Positions 1 to 12,309 of a DNA stretch of 64,000 bases are shown in pieces; position 1 is the stretch's first letter, and each line of letters begins with the position of its first letter. A program made the translations under genes and the position numbers. The DNA comes from Oikopleura dioica. Its lineage: Eukaryota; Animalia; Chordata. The stretch covers positions 2,666,001-2,730,000 of the forward strand of contig OU015568.1 of assembly GCA_907165135.1 (NCBI GenBank). The letters run 5' to 3'. A model generated the notes under the pieces. It searched no databases. It was given only the letters and a program-made list of their open reading frames with translations, and was not told the origin of the DNA.

Positions 1-322
1 CAAATTTGGCTAATTTTAAGGGGTTTTTCATCCCTAGAATCCAGGGAACCCCACCAGGAACCCCTTTTTATTGTTAATTCTGACTCAGTTTTTTCCGCTC
101 TTTCGAATGAGCATACTTAGACTACCGTAGCTTGGATTGCTCGAAAAGTAGTCAGAAAAGGGGTGAAAAAAAGTACTAAACTGTAACAAAAAATTTTTTC
201 CAAAAAATTTTGAAAAGTCATTTTTGGTGTTTTAGTTGCTCCCAAAGTTTCAAATTTGTATCTATTACAGGGAAAAAGTTGATTTTTTTGTGCGTTATGC
301 CTACTTATATTTAAATTCTGGA

Positions 323-447
323 GAAGCCGCTTTGCGGCTTCGTTTCTAAAAAAGCCGCTACGCGGCTTTTCATCTTTGCTCTTTCAGACACTGACTCAGG
401 TTTTCTACTCAGGTTGCCGAGCCCAGGTCCTGAGTCAGGGTCTCAGC
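323..447. mobile_element. Right half of hAT-like MITE family carrying AP-1 (TGACTCA) boxes and AAGCCGC-N3-GCGGCTT palindromes
   Basis: Two AAGCCGC-N3-GCGGCTT hairpins, CTGACTCAGGTTTT and terminal GGTTGCCGAGCCCAG; the same modules recur at 15537, 53561 and 54032. Confidence 0.6.
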
Positions 448-862
448 TAAATGGAGAGAGGCCGCGTTTGTCTTATTACTTGCTCATTTATACTAATTGT
501 ATTCGGGACATTAATGAAATCGCTTTATATTGATCAATGATACCCGTTAATAAAAAATACAAGTTGTTAATATCGAGAGAGCAGTTATGATTCCCGCTCC
601 AGGAACATGATTTGAACACAAAAGCTGGATATTTACAATTTTTACACCGGGTTTTGTCGTACCAAATAAGCAAGCTCGGCGGAACTTGAAAGTAACTAAT
701 CCAATCAATTTAACCCGAAACGTCTTATTTTCGCTTCAACACTTTCAAAAACGTCATATTCGAATAAGCATCATAAATCTAATAAGTCAGCTTGTTTTCA
801 TCGTATCGGCAAGTTTATTTTGTTTTTATTATTTGGTTGTCAATCTTAAGAAAATGGACTCA

Positions 863-1193
863 AGCTTTTTCTGCCTCTTCGTTGATTTCTTGAGCGGGTT
901 CTTCTGAGAAATAGTAGGAAGAAGGGAGGTATTCGGGGGATCGTTTAGCTTCGACCATGTTGAAGAGGCCGAGAAGATGGTCAATTGTGGCTTCATCTTG
1001 CTAAAAAAAAGATGATTATTTTAAACTTAATTGAAAGTGATGAATTTTAATGTCGGGGCAAAATCCAAAAAACTCTAATTTAGTCCTGATTCTGGACATT
1101 ATTAAAACTTACTTTCCGAAATGCTTGTCGATCGTGCTCCTTAGTCAGAAGGGATGAAATGAGGGAGCCTCGTTTGAACCTCGATAGACCCTT
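863..1193 (-). CDS. Putative small spliced gene of unknown function (3' exons only)
   Basis: Two open minus-strand segments bounded by AG/GT (GLSRFKRGSLISSLLTKEHDRQAFRK; DEATIDHLLGLFNMVEAKRSPEYLPSSYYFSEEPAQEINEEAEKA*); no clear start. Confidence 0.3.
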
Positions 1194-1615
1194 AAAAGAC
1201 CTAGTCTGAAAATTGTTCAATCAGTTTTGATCGTTACATTGTCTTTATTGTAGTAAAATCCAGCTGAAACAGCGCTCAAAACGAGAAGAAATTTCCTCTT
1301 CACATGGTTGTGGATTTATTTCAAATAAAATCATCGAAAATAATAATTTAACAACCATAAATCAAAAGCATAGTCACTTCTCTCCTTTGAATCTGAATAA
1401 ATCTAAGAAAAAAAAATGCGCACTGTCGATTTTATACGGCAAAAATCTTAAGCTGATTGCGCAGTAATCCACCAAAATCGCTGCATTACAGAACCCGCTT
1501 TCTTCATTATCGTATTCAGCCCATTATGCGGTTAACATATGCTCTACTTTTTCGAACAAAACTTTATTGACATCTATTCTTCAGACTTTTTTAAAGTTCA
1601 ATTTTAGATAATTTT

Positions 1616-2551
1616 TCAGTAATATGATCGATATGTATTTTGACGAGGCAGGGACGCAGGATCGTAAGCAGCGTAAAAATCCGGCTTTCCTGGTTGATAG
1701 TAGCCTTGATCATTGTAATAGCTCTGTTTTGGCTGATAGATGTCATCTTCTTCAGGGCTCGAGGAACAAGCAGAGGCATACATGCATCCCATTGCTCCCA
1801 TCGCTAAAGAAGAATGAGAATAAGAAACAGAAAAACTATCAACCTAAGAAACCAGCTGCCCAAGCAAAGTATGCAGCATATCCGAGAACCATATTATAAG
1901 TATTATTCGTGACCATATTCCACCCTCCTCCTTGCATAGCACTCTCGTTTTTATAATAATTATTCTGAACCGAATCTTTATCATCCAATTAAACCAACTC
2001 TACCTGAATGACAATGACCAGTGCTAGAATTCCAGAAGTGAGAATCAACAAGGATCCAAGCAAATGGCCCGTTCCAGCAATCATTCCTCCGTTTCTAACT
2101 CTTCTTTGCGAACAATTCAGGCAAATTTTCAGCGTATAAATCGAAGCACACACTCCGAGAATTTCAAAGATCGCCCCAGAGACCATCATTATTTGGAGAG
2201 AAAGCAGCAATGGAGGCATGGAACTTATCGGCATATTCCAAAGATTGCAGCTCATGAATCCACCCATTGTTATCGTTTCGCACTTTTGCCAGAGACCAAA
2301 GGTTTGGACAACGCTTGTTTGAGAAGTTCCTTATCTGAGTTTTTTCTTGTTTTTCTTTGAAGACATAGAAGAGAACTATGATAAAAACGCTTTCCTGTTG
2401 GTGTTGCTTTGACCCAATGCGTACTAATCACGCAAAAAATCGACAGTGTCAAGGACATCACTCCTATTCGCAAAATAAACTGTCAAAATCTACGCTCAAA
2501 ATGGCGCCCAATCTTACCGAGAATAAATCCGATTGTGCTTGCGGCTGTCAT
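1616..2551 (-). CDS. Claudin-family tetraspan protein, 5 exons
   Basis: Spliced model MTAASTIGFILGVMSLTLSIFCVISTHW-x17-GLWQKC-x10-C, four hydrophobic helices, Tyr-rich tail ending RSYY; matches the claudin W-GLW-C-C signature. Confidence 0.9.
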
Positions 2552-3153
2552 CTGTTTTCAAAATCTGTTTGTCTGCGCTCTTCTTTCTTTGACGCACGAT
2601 ATTTTTTGTTTACAAATTGGCAGCTTTTTTGATACCAGATTCAGCCAAATGCAGCTTTGTGATAATTTCTCTATTATTTTCAGGCGATGAAGAAATGCTT
2701 ATTGAACAAATAAAGGCTCCACTACCAAAATCAAACAACGCGCTTGGAGCAAATACTCATATCAAATTGGTTCAACATTAATTTGACTCATTTAAATAAT
2801 AATTTGGACATTTTCCATCTTTTTTCAACAATAAAAACCGACAAGATTGATTTTGATTTTATTGAAAATGTTTATTTTCAATTTTCTTTCATGATAAAAA
2901 TCATCTTTGAACATGAGAAAAGGTGAACGATTTTGGCAAAAAATTTTTAAAAACCTGAACTGGTCTGACTGCACAGCAATTTTTATCAAGAAGAATTTTT
3001 AAATAAAATCTTAGATCGAATTGTCGGTGAAGATGTTGCAGTGGTGGACATAAATAGTATGTTTTCTGATGATTTTCATTATTTTCTCCATGAAAATAAT
3101 CGAAAGTTGCGATTTCGGACAATTCAAATATAATTCATAAATAAAAAAATTTT

Positions 3154-4986
3154 TTAGGAAGAGCCAGAAATCGTCGATTCTTCTTCGTTGTCGGACTCGA
3201 TTGTTATTTCGGCAGTTTCAGCTTCGTCTGATTCCGGTAGAGGGTTCGCGCCTGGCATCGTCTGGGCCAGTCTTGATCATGGTTTAGTTTAGTGGAAATA
3301 CAGAAGGAACAGGGTGAGGGGGGCGGAATAATGATCACCTTTGGAAATTGAGAAAACTCTGAAGAAGCTGCGCTGGAATATTTGCCCCGGTGGCGGAATT
3401 TTGAATCAAGCTCAGGAAATCGTTTTGCATCACTGGTCCCCTTGATCGGCCTGGTAGATTGTCTGTGACCATCGTCGGTGGAAAGTCCAGCGGAGGAAGG
3501 TCATAATCTGAAAGTTGAATTAATGTCTTTCTGTAGATTTCCATCATACCAAGCTGTGGGCGCTTACTTCGAGTCGATTGAGGCCCTGGATGATTTACTT
3601 CTGGATGCTTGTTCTTCATGTGACGGTGAAGATGATCGGACCGGACGACCTAAGGAGGAAAAGATGAGTTCATGAACCCAGAGTTCATTGATTCAACATA
3701 CTTTGTAAGGACAGTACTGGCACTGAAATCGCTCATATCTCAGATGCAGCATGTGATGTCTCTTGATCTCTTCTTTTCTTCCAAAGCTCCGAAGTTTCAC
3801 CTGAAGAAAATCATTCAGCAATTTTCCTCCTTGATTTCAAGGTGGTAATTTACCTGCCCATTGGTGTCGTGGTTGTACCAAATGCAGAATTTGCAGTTAT
3901 ACTTCAAGCTCTGATCTGGTTTCTTTCGATTTGAGACTTTGACGACTAAACCGCCGAGAATTAATTGCTGCACTTCCATTTGTGTCAATTCCATGCAGCT
4001 TTTGATCGCGACGGCTTTTTCTCGCAGAGCATCTTAATTTCGTTTGCAAGGAATTCACCCTAGAAGACCTTACCGAGATTCGCCGGGGTGGTAGGTGGAA
4101 TCTTCTGATTGAGACCATTGTTGTTGCTTGAAGCAGTCTTGACATTAACAGTCGCGACGACATCGATCGTCTGGGGAAGATTTGAACTTAAATTTTTAAT
4201 CATTTAAAAAGCTGTCTCGAAAAGGCGATGCAGCAGAGCGCTTGCTTCTCCTTTTGAAGAAAAAATAGGAAAAAACACCACTCGATGGCGTCTTTCTTAG
4301 CATGATGACAATGATGCTTACCCATGCAAAAGCGCCACCGAGCTGGCTTTGGGCGACTCTTGATTCTTCGACAACTTGACGTGAATTTCCTTCTTTCGCT
4401 GGACAACGTGATTTGAGCTGGACTAAAAAGGTCTTTATGACTTCAGTTCAGAGTAAAAACTGTCATATAGGAAAACGATTCTTACTCGTTGAAGCCTGGC
4501 GATATCTTCATCAAAATCAAGGGGAACAATTTCCCCATCAATTTTTTCGCGGCAGTTATCGTAATGCTTGATTTTGTGAATATCCAGTCGCTCGTCTAGG
4601 AGAAAAGCATCGTCATTTTGCGTTGGGCTGAAGTTCTCGGAAAGTTTTGGAAAGAAGGCGTCTTCAGGAAGCGGATCCGAGTGAATTTCCTCGATGATTT
4701 CCTCGGGGATTTCTTCTTCCTTTACGAAGATCCTTATCGAATAATTATTTTAGAATTCAATTATAAAAAAAGATTTTTGAAATCCTGACTCGGATTCTAG
4801 AAATTTTTCTTACAAAACTTACTTTGTCGGCTTTGCGGATTTCCTCCTTGATTTTGTCGGAGGTGGGGTAGCAACCGGCTCTTCTTTTAGAATCTCCTCC
4901 TTCAGACCTGCCATCAGCCTTTCTTCTTCCCCCTTATTGACGAAAGTCCCGTTCTCGAAAAACTCTCTTTTCCTCGGACTCTCCAT
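3154..4986 (-). CDS. C2H2 zinc-finger protein, multi-exon, acidic N- and C-termini
   Basis: Spliced fingers CKFC...KRHHMLH and CQYCPYKVVRSDHLHRHMKNKH; start MESPRKREFFE, stop after an acidic exon. Internal exon boundaries are partly uncertain. Confidence 0.75.
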
Positions 4987-7900
4987 TTCGATTTTGTCAC
5001 GATTTGCGAATGAACGAGTTGACGAGTAATTTTGGGAAAAGTTGACGGGAGGCGCAGCCGTCGGGTCGAAAAGGGTTTCTTCTTTTCTCGAAAAGGGCCA
5101 GCAGCGAGGGCCAGCGCCGCTCAGACAAAAACTTTAGCAGGGATTTTTTTTTACGAATTCGGACAAAAACTTATTTTCTTTTATCGAATTCTTATGGCGT
5201 TCCTTTCCTCGAATGACGATTGAAAGTTGCCGAAGAAAGCTTTTGACGCCTGTTTTTCTGTGACTCTTCTATGTCTTCAATTAGATCTTCTTGTAAATTG
5301 CCGTTTTTGAGATGCTGAATGCAATTATTCCAAGGCAGTTCCCTCTCCGTTCTTCGGCTAAAAATTATCTGATTATAATAAAATGATAAATTCAGAAAAA
5401 GTGATTTTAGTATTCCTATTTGAACTGACTTTTTTAGACATTCTTTCAAGTGTTTAGTGCCCGATCTTCGGTGCTTTTTTATATGAAACATAACAAAATC
5501 GGCAGAAAAAGCAGGTCATATTTTTTACCTTCTACGATCATTTCTCTGAAAATTCTCTGCTGATGATTCAAAACGCGAATCACACTGGAAATGAATGGAA
5601 AAGGATGGGCCCTGATCAAAATTCATCCTCAAAAATGGTTCACCGCGTTTGATCAACTGATGTAGATAGGTATGCTTCTTTCGATTGGGAAAATGATATA
5701 GAAGGAATCTCTTTTCTTGACTTTGAAATTCAAAGTTTGAATTGAAAAAAATGATGAAATTTCCAAAAAAGGGAGCGCCCGCAAGAGTCGCTTCTAGAAA
5801 AAAAAATCATCCCTTTTTTCTAGAGATTTTTTTCTACTGCTATTTTGGGATGATAATAAATGTTTAAATGATTGAAATTTTGAGCTCCAATGTTCGACCA
5901 TAAATCGCAAATTTGGAATTTGGCTCCTTTTCTTTCACACGAATCCAGAAAAAAACCACACCGTGCGTAACCGTGACAACCCCGGACCCTCAACATCCCC
6001 TTCCGCGTTTGTCAACCACCATTGAATATAACCACCAAATAAACTCGAGTTGTCATTACTTCGCCTCGCGCAAAAAAAAAAGAATGAAAAGCCGGCGGAT
6101 AAGAAAGAACAAAACCACTCGTCGAAAAAACAGGGGCAGGTTGTCCATTGTCGAGGGCCGCTTTGGAGACTTTGGCCGCCAGTTTTGAGCACTCTTGAAA
6201 TTCGAAATTTGAAATCGAAAAATCGAAAACTCAAAAAAATTTTCGGCCATGAAATTTGGCGACCCTTGATAATGTGACTAATAAATTTGCGACACTCAAC
6301 CCCTGATTATAAAAATAATTTACGCGAGTGTGTCTCACTAAAAAGTGACGCTCGTTAAATCAGGTAAAAAATGAAGCCGAAAGGGATCTAGATGAGATCA
6401 ACTCCTACCCCGGCCCTTTTTAGATTTTTATGAGACTCAGACTGAGATGCTCTCATTAGAATCAAATCAGGCGTTGGAAAATGAAAGCGAGCTAGAAAAA
6501 AATGTTGAGGGAGGAGGAGGAGGAGCTGATGAATAGAAACGAAAGATGAAGAATAGATAATCCTGAAAGCATGTGGAGGAAAGCTTCGGAAGTGGCGAAA
6601 GTCAAGGAGGATGAGTGGAAAAGAGTCATTGTTCGAATGATTCGCTTGATTCACGAAACCAGGAAACTGGCTGCCGAGCAATTGATTTTCAGTCCCTGGA
6701 CGAAATCCCTTTCGCGAAGCTCGCCATTTTTTCAAAAAGAGCAGAAATTGGCTCGTATTAAAACTCCTATTATTACGAGAAATTCTTGCGTATTAGTCAA
6801 ATTCTATCAGATTTATAACTCTAGCCCAAACGCTAACCCTAACCCTAGGCGATAAAAAAGCCTTGATTTTTTCATTAATTTTGCGAGTGGAATTTCGGTA
6901 GATGAAAATTTTCAAAAACAGAAGAAGGTAAGAAAAAAGTTACCATCCCCGTCTTGTGACGGGTGTAGTAGTCCGCGAATTATTTGCTGCGGAATCCGGA
7001 ATCAAACACAGAAAGTAAATAACACGCTCAAACAGGGCCAAGGTGAGAGGTTACAATCCTTTTTTTCTTCTTTCCAGTGATTTTTCTCCGCATAAAAATC
7101 AAGGAAAAATACCGATAAAGGCGAAAATAAAGGGTTGAACTTGAAAATACAGCTCTTTAAAAGCTATAAAAAGGGTTTCGGGGAAGCGAAGATAATTGCT
7201 CGGCCGTAAAAATGATTTTGAAAAGGATGATCTTGGAGTTGCCAATTCAGCTGCGCCAAAGAAAATCATTCAAGCATCATTCTTTGTTTCAAAAAGAGGG
7301 TTTACATAACACTTTTTCTATATAATTTATGGAGTAGGCCTCTTTTAAATTTCATCGAAAATGAATTCATAAAAATTGATTTTATTGGCAATCAAATAAA
7401 AGCTCATTTTCAAGGCAGAAATATGATTATTTTAAGAAAACAATTAAACCATTTTCGACCCTCAAAAATACCAAAATCGTTATTATTTTTTCAAAAATTT
7501 CTCCCTTTTTGACCATTTTATCACAAAATCATAAAATGAAAGTTCTGTCTACCTTTAGTTCACTAGCTGTCTCTCTTCGTTGTCTCCACTCGTTTTTGTT
7601 TTCTTCCTTTTTTTACAAATAAACCTCTTTTTTTCCCAAAATATTTTTTTCTGTGAAATCTCAAGTTTACGGATCAAGGGTTTAAATTAACGCCGCCGTG
7701 TTGAGAAAGAAAAAAGGATAGATCGTTTATTCGCCAGGCCGTAAAAATGGCCGGATGGTCTTGGAGTTGGCCCTTTTGTAAAAGGAGGTCTTCTACTGTT
7801 CATCCTCTGCTCGCGGGCGCCATCATGTAAGAGCATCGTTACTTTTACGAAGCGAGAAGGGAAACACAAGGGAGAGAGAAACGTGGGCAAGCCCTCCTTT

Positions 7901-9240
7901 ACGCGCTCAATTCACAAAACACTCAAACAGACCAACTCTCAGTAGGGTGGCCAACGCCTCAACGGTCACTGGTCGGTGCCCGATCCCTTTTACGAAAGAC
8001 GCGGAATAACGAAATCGAATCGATAATACTATGTTTCGTCTTTACTTGTTGATCAAATAATTGATCTTTTTCGACATCTTTTTCGAAAGAAAGCCGTCTT
8101 TCTAGCTCTCCGAACTTAATTTTTTTCTGGAAAAAATAATTTTTTTTTGAGAATAAGGTTCCTTTTTCCGGGCAAATATATGGAGTTGAATCGTGTCAGG
8201 AGAGATAGAAATGGTAGAAACTGTGAAGTGGTGTGATTCATGACTTCTGGAAAATTGGGAAGCAGAGAATCATTTGTCAGACAATTTATGTCTGGCACTG
8301 GAACTTCTTCCAATTTATGACGCATGAAGCAATTTTTCCAAGAGAAAATAAGTCGGAACTTCTGACTCAAACTTACCAACACTGGGAGATTCTAGAGCTG
8401 TTCCACCCTAGGATAAAGAGCTGGGACAAACAATGGTACAGGCCAGCCCTGGCCACGGTCGTCTAGGCAAAGACGCAAGGTAGAAAAGGGGCTCACCCAC
8501 TTGGCGGCGAAAAAATTCGAGAGAGGGAGCGCTTCGATTTTTTTTGTGTAAATTCGCTATTTCACCCCACTTCTCCTCCGGTGTGGTGCGCACCAGTAAT
8601 GAGCGGGAAAAGAGGGTGTGTGTGCCCAAGCACCAGCCCCTCGAAAAATGAAACGAGCGTGCCCAAGAAAAGCAGCTCTCCCCCCTTTCCGAAAGTCGCT
8701 CTTGAATGCGAGCAAACAATGGGACGAAACTTTCCGGACTCGTTTCTTTCTCTTACCTCAGCCGCACGCAAAGAAACTGACGAGGAAAAAGTTCTCCTAG
8801 GGATTCAGAAGACAAAGATGTTTGGCCCGTGTCAGCCGTTCCCAGCGGCCCGTTCGCGAAGAAAAAAGCAGGGAAGAACTGCTCCTAAGGATTAAGAAGA
8901 CAAAGGTGTTTCAAGGATGCTACGGAATTAATAGTCAAATTGAAATTGAACGGAAAAAGGAGGAAGTGACGCGTAACAAAAATTGAACTTCAAATCATTT
9001 ATCTGAAGTTCTGATTTAGAAATTGAAATTTGCCAATTTTTTGACGAGTATTGAGGATGGATATCGGAAGTTCTTTGCAAAGAAAATGAAATTTTTCAAT
9101 CGGCTTTGGGAATTTCGATGCTAGCAAAAAAAAATCTGCGATAAAGCGACATTTATAGCACTAAGACTATTTGCACTAAGCATATCTCGATCTTGACGCA
9201 AGAATAAAAAGGGAAAAGTGAGGTTTGTTTCGAGCCGAAA

Positions 9241-10355
9241 ATGCGACCCGAAGAGGTACTGATTTTTAACGAACAGATTCTTGAGAGGTTTTAAGAGTGA
9301 GTTGTATAAAGAAAGATCGACACCGACAGCAGAGGAGGCGAAGTTTTTGAAGCTTTGCGAAAATGACGATTCTGAAGGTAAAAAAAAATAATTTGATTTT
9401 TCTAAGAATTACAATTAACAATCAAGAGCTCAAACGGATGCTCGGTGCGGATCCGAATATCAAGCTGGCGATTCTGAAAAAATATACCAACGACGAAACC
9501 ATTTTCCACAAGCTTGCCTGGTGGAGGTACTCTTCCATGATTTCAGAACAAAATCTTTTTTTAGATCTAAAAACGCTTTGAGGACAACATTGAGCTTTAT
9601 GAGCTCTTTTTCAACACAGTACAAGAACTATAAAGACTCGAAGAAAAGTAAGGAGAACCAGGGAACGATGAAATACAAAGCGGACTTTCGCTTCATCCAA
9701 AATTATGAAGACAGTATGGATGAAGAGGAGAAGGAGGAGTACGAAAGAGCAGGAAAGACGTTTCTTGAGCAATTTCTTGATGAAAAAGATGCTTCAGGAT
9801 GCACTGCGTTGCAAAATGCTATTCTAAGGAAAGCTTTAAATTTCAACACCCCTTTTCGAGAAAAGCGCAGTTTGTTACTGAAAATTTGAAAACTATATAT
9901 AAGATACGTTCCAAGAAGTGCTGGAAACGATCGTCTATCGGAAGATTCCGAGCTCTGCATCCGGCTCATAGCTGATCGTCAATACGACTATAACTCTCAA
10001 GGTAAAGGTCGACTTGCCCTCACGATTTTCGATTTTCCTTTCAGATAATACTGGAATGACGCCGATCATGGACGCGATCAGTTCCGGTCACCTGGAAATT
10101 GTCCGAATACTTCTTGAGCGAAGCTGCTCTCGACCAGATGAGAGTCAAAAAAGAGACGCTGCAGAAATGGTTAATCCGTATCTGGAGGATAAACGAGAGA
10201 ATAATCTCAAAGTTTATGTAGAAGATGCAACAGATGAAATTCGAGACTACTTCATAAAATACTTTGAAATTCTTGATCCGGAGGTTTTTCTGCAAGAAGA
10301 AAGAAAACAAGAGGAAAGGAAGAAGAGAAAAAGTCCTGTTGAGATTGACAGTTAA
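9241..10355 (+). CDS. Ankyrin-repeat protein, multi-exon
   Basis: Ankyrin motifs KDASGCTALQNAI and YNSQDNTGMTPIMDAISSGHLEIVRILLE; a consistent spliced frame from ATG 9241; start uncertain. Confidence 0.7.
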
Positions 10356-10360
10356 TAAAG

Positions 10361-11221
10361 TCAGTAATTATGTTCAAGAGGGCACCGTGGTTCTCCATCT
10401 CTTCGACGGGCAAAAATGCATGAGGCACCAATGGCATGGGAACATCTTGGGAAAAAGGTTTTCTTATGGTCGTTAGTATCAAAATCTTCCCCGCAACGTT
10501 GACAAACTCGTGAGCCAGTCGCTTGTTGAATCCGACGAATTTCATTTCTCGTTTGTTGATAGTCCCGTTGAAGATCATCATATCGACTTTTGATTGTTTG
10601 TTTTTCTAGAAATTACAATTTTTGAAATTAAGAATGAAGATATCATAACATTATTAATTACCGATTTGAAGTTTCTCGTTATTTGAGGTCAACTCTCTTA
10701 TTTCCATTTTCATTCGAACCACTTGTCTTGAGAGATTCGTAGCTCTCTCTTCGGCATCTTTTTTTGCACAATCAAGTATTGCCTTGTCTTCCTCCAAATC
10801 TTCAATTTTTTGTTGAAATTCGCAGTTCGCGATTTTTGAATCTTCTAACTCCTTCTTCGTTCGGTTAAGACGATCTTCAATATCTTTTAAACGCTTATTT
10901 TCCTCCTTCACAAGATGTAGATCAGTTTTTGCATTGTAGAATAATGTCAATTCATCCTGGAGAGTCTTCTTAAACTCATTCATTTTTTGATCAATTTTTT
11001 TCGTCTCTATTATTGCATCAGAAAAGAATTGTCGTCTTTGCTTTATATCAAAGGCTTAAAAATATGTAAAATATTTGTTAAATTCTAAAGATAAAACTTT
11101 CTACGAGATTTTCAACTGCTATTCCGACTTTGTTGTCTTCCGTGAGCAATCGTTTTACTCGGTCAACCACTTCTTTTTCTGGGCCATCCTCAAAAACAGA
11201 ATCTTCCTCACTATCGCTCAT
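10361..11221 (-). CDS. Coiled-coil protein with C-terminal degenerate RING finger, 3 exons
   Basis: GT-AG splicing joins MSDSEEDS..., a long heptad exon, and a last exon CQRC...CSHAIGASC...CPLEHNY*. Confidence 0.75.
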
Positions 11222-11352
11222 CTCTGAACTGAGAATTGATTCACATCTCTGAGTTGAATTTCCGCTCGCAGCCGGTTGCAAGAAGGAATTCGAGTACGAC
11301 TAAATGTATTTGATAGGTATATTTCATGAAAACTAACAGAACGCTAGTAAAA

Positions 11353-11784
11353 TTAAAGACTTGAATATCCATTTTCCCAGTTGTAGACATTCTCGTATCC
11401 GAGTTCCGCCATAGCGTCCTAAGAAAATATAAAATCAGTTTCGAATAAAACGATTCTACCTGAGCCATGCCTCCTCGTCGACCACGTTGGCAGTAGATGA
11501 TGATATGAGCGTCTTTGCTTGGCTTGTCCATCATGTAGGCACTCTTGAATTCCTCTTCGGAACGTTTAAATTCAGCAGCGATTTCTAAAACAAATCATCA
11601 AATCCATTTATTGAGTCAAAAACTTACGTGTGTGTGGAATATTGAGGAATCTCTTTGCTTCCAATTTTCCTCCAGCGAGTTCGGAAGCTCCTCGAACGTC
11701 GATGAAAAGGTATTTTGGGTCCTGGAGCTTGGATGTTACTTCTGTCGTGGAGAGTTGCGGTAGGTTTGATGAAGTTCCTCCCAT
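11353..11784 (-). CDS. Single-domain rhodanese/sulfurtransferase (TSTD-like), 3 exons
   Basis: FIDVRGASE, FLNIPH, active-site loop IIYCQRGRRG, and C-terminal LGYENVYNWENG. Confidence 0.9.
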
Positions 11785-12309
11785 TTTTTCGAAAATTTAA
11801 GGTTTTTGAAGTGTTTTTAGATTTTTTTCTTTTTGAAAACTATTGAAAAACGCGCTGATTTTAAAGCAAAATAGTCTAGATCTAGAATATTCTTCCAATT
11901 TCTGGCCCCCAGGAATCTCTGATTGGTCTAAAGGTCGTTTGCATTTTTACGACAGCGCTCAAATTTGCACAAATTCCATTGCCAAAAATATGAAATTCTA
12001 ATTCCGACTTCGTGTGACGCAAATTTTGGTGTAACATCAAATATCGCCATTAGAGTCCAATATTTTGGATCCAATTATACGACGCGGTTCATCGAAAACA
12101 CGCACTTTTTAATGTAGATTTATTTTGAGAAAAGCACGGGCGCGGCGGGCAACCAAGTCATCCCAAAACATCGAGTTTTGGACTGTGTACGCCACAAATA
12201 CCGTAATTAAGACGGATGCTAATTTTGACATTTTATCGTTTCCCGGCGATGACTCAGACGATGAGGTTTCTTTGGAATGCCATTCTTGACTATTTTATTA
12301 AAACTTTTT

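Noticed and set aside
6834-6847. Telomere-like (TAACCC)2
   Set aside because: Only two units; expected by chance.
8116-8900. Cluster of overlapping 60-100 aa ORFs
   Set aside because: No recognisable domain, splice pattern or TE hallmark.
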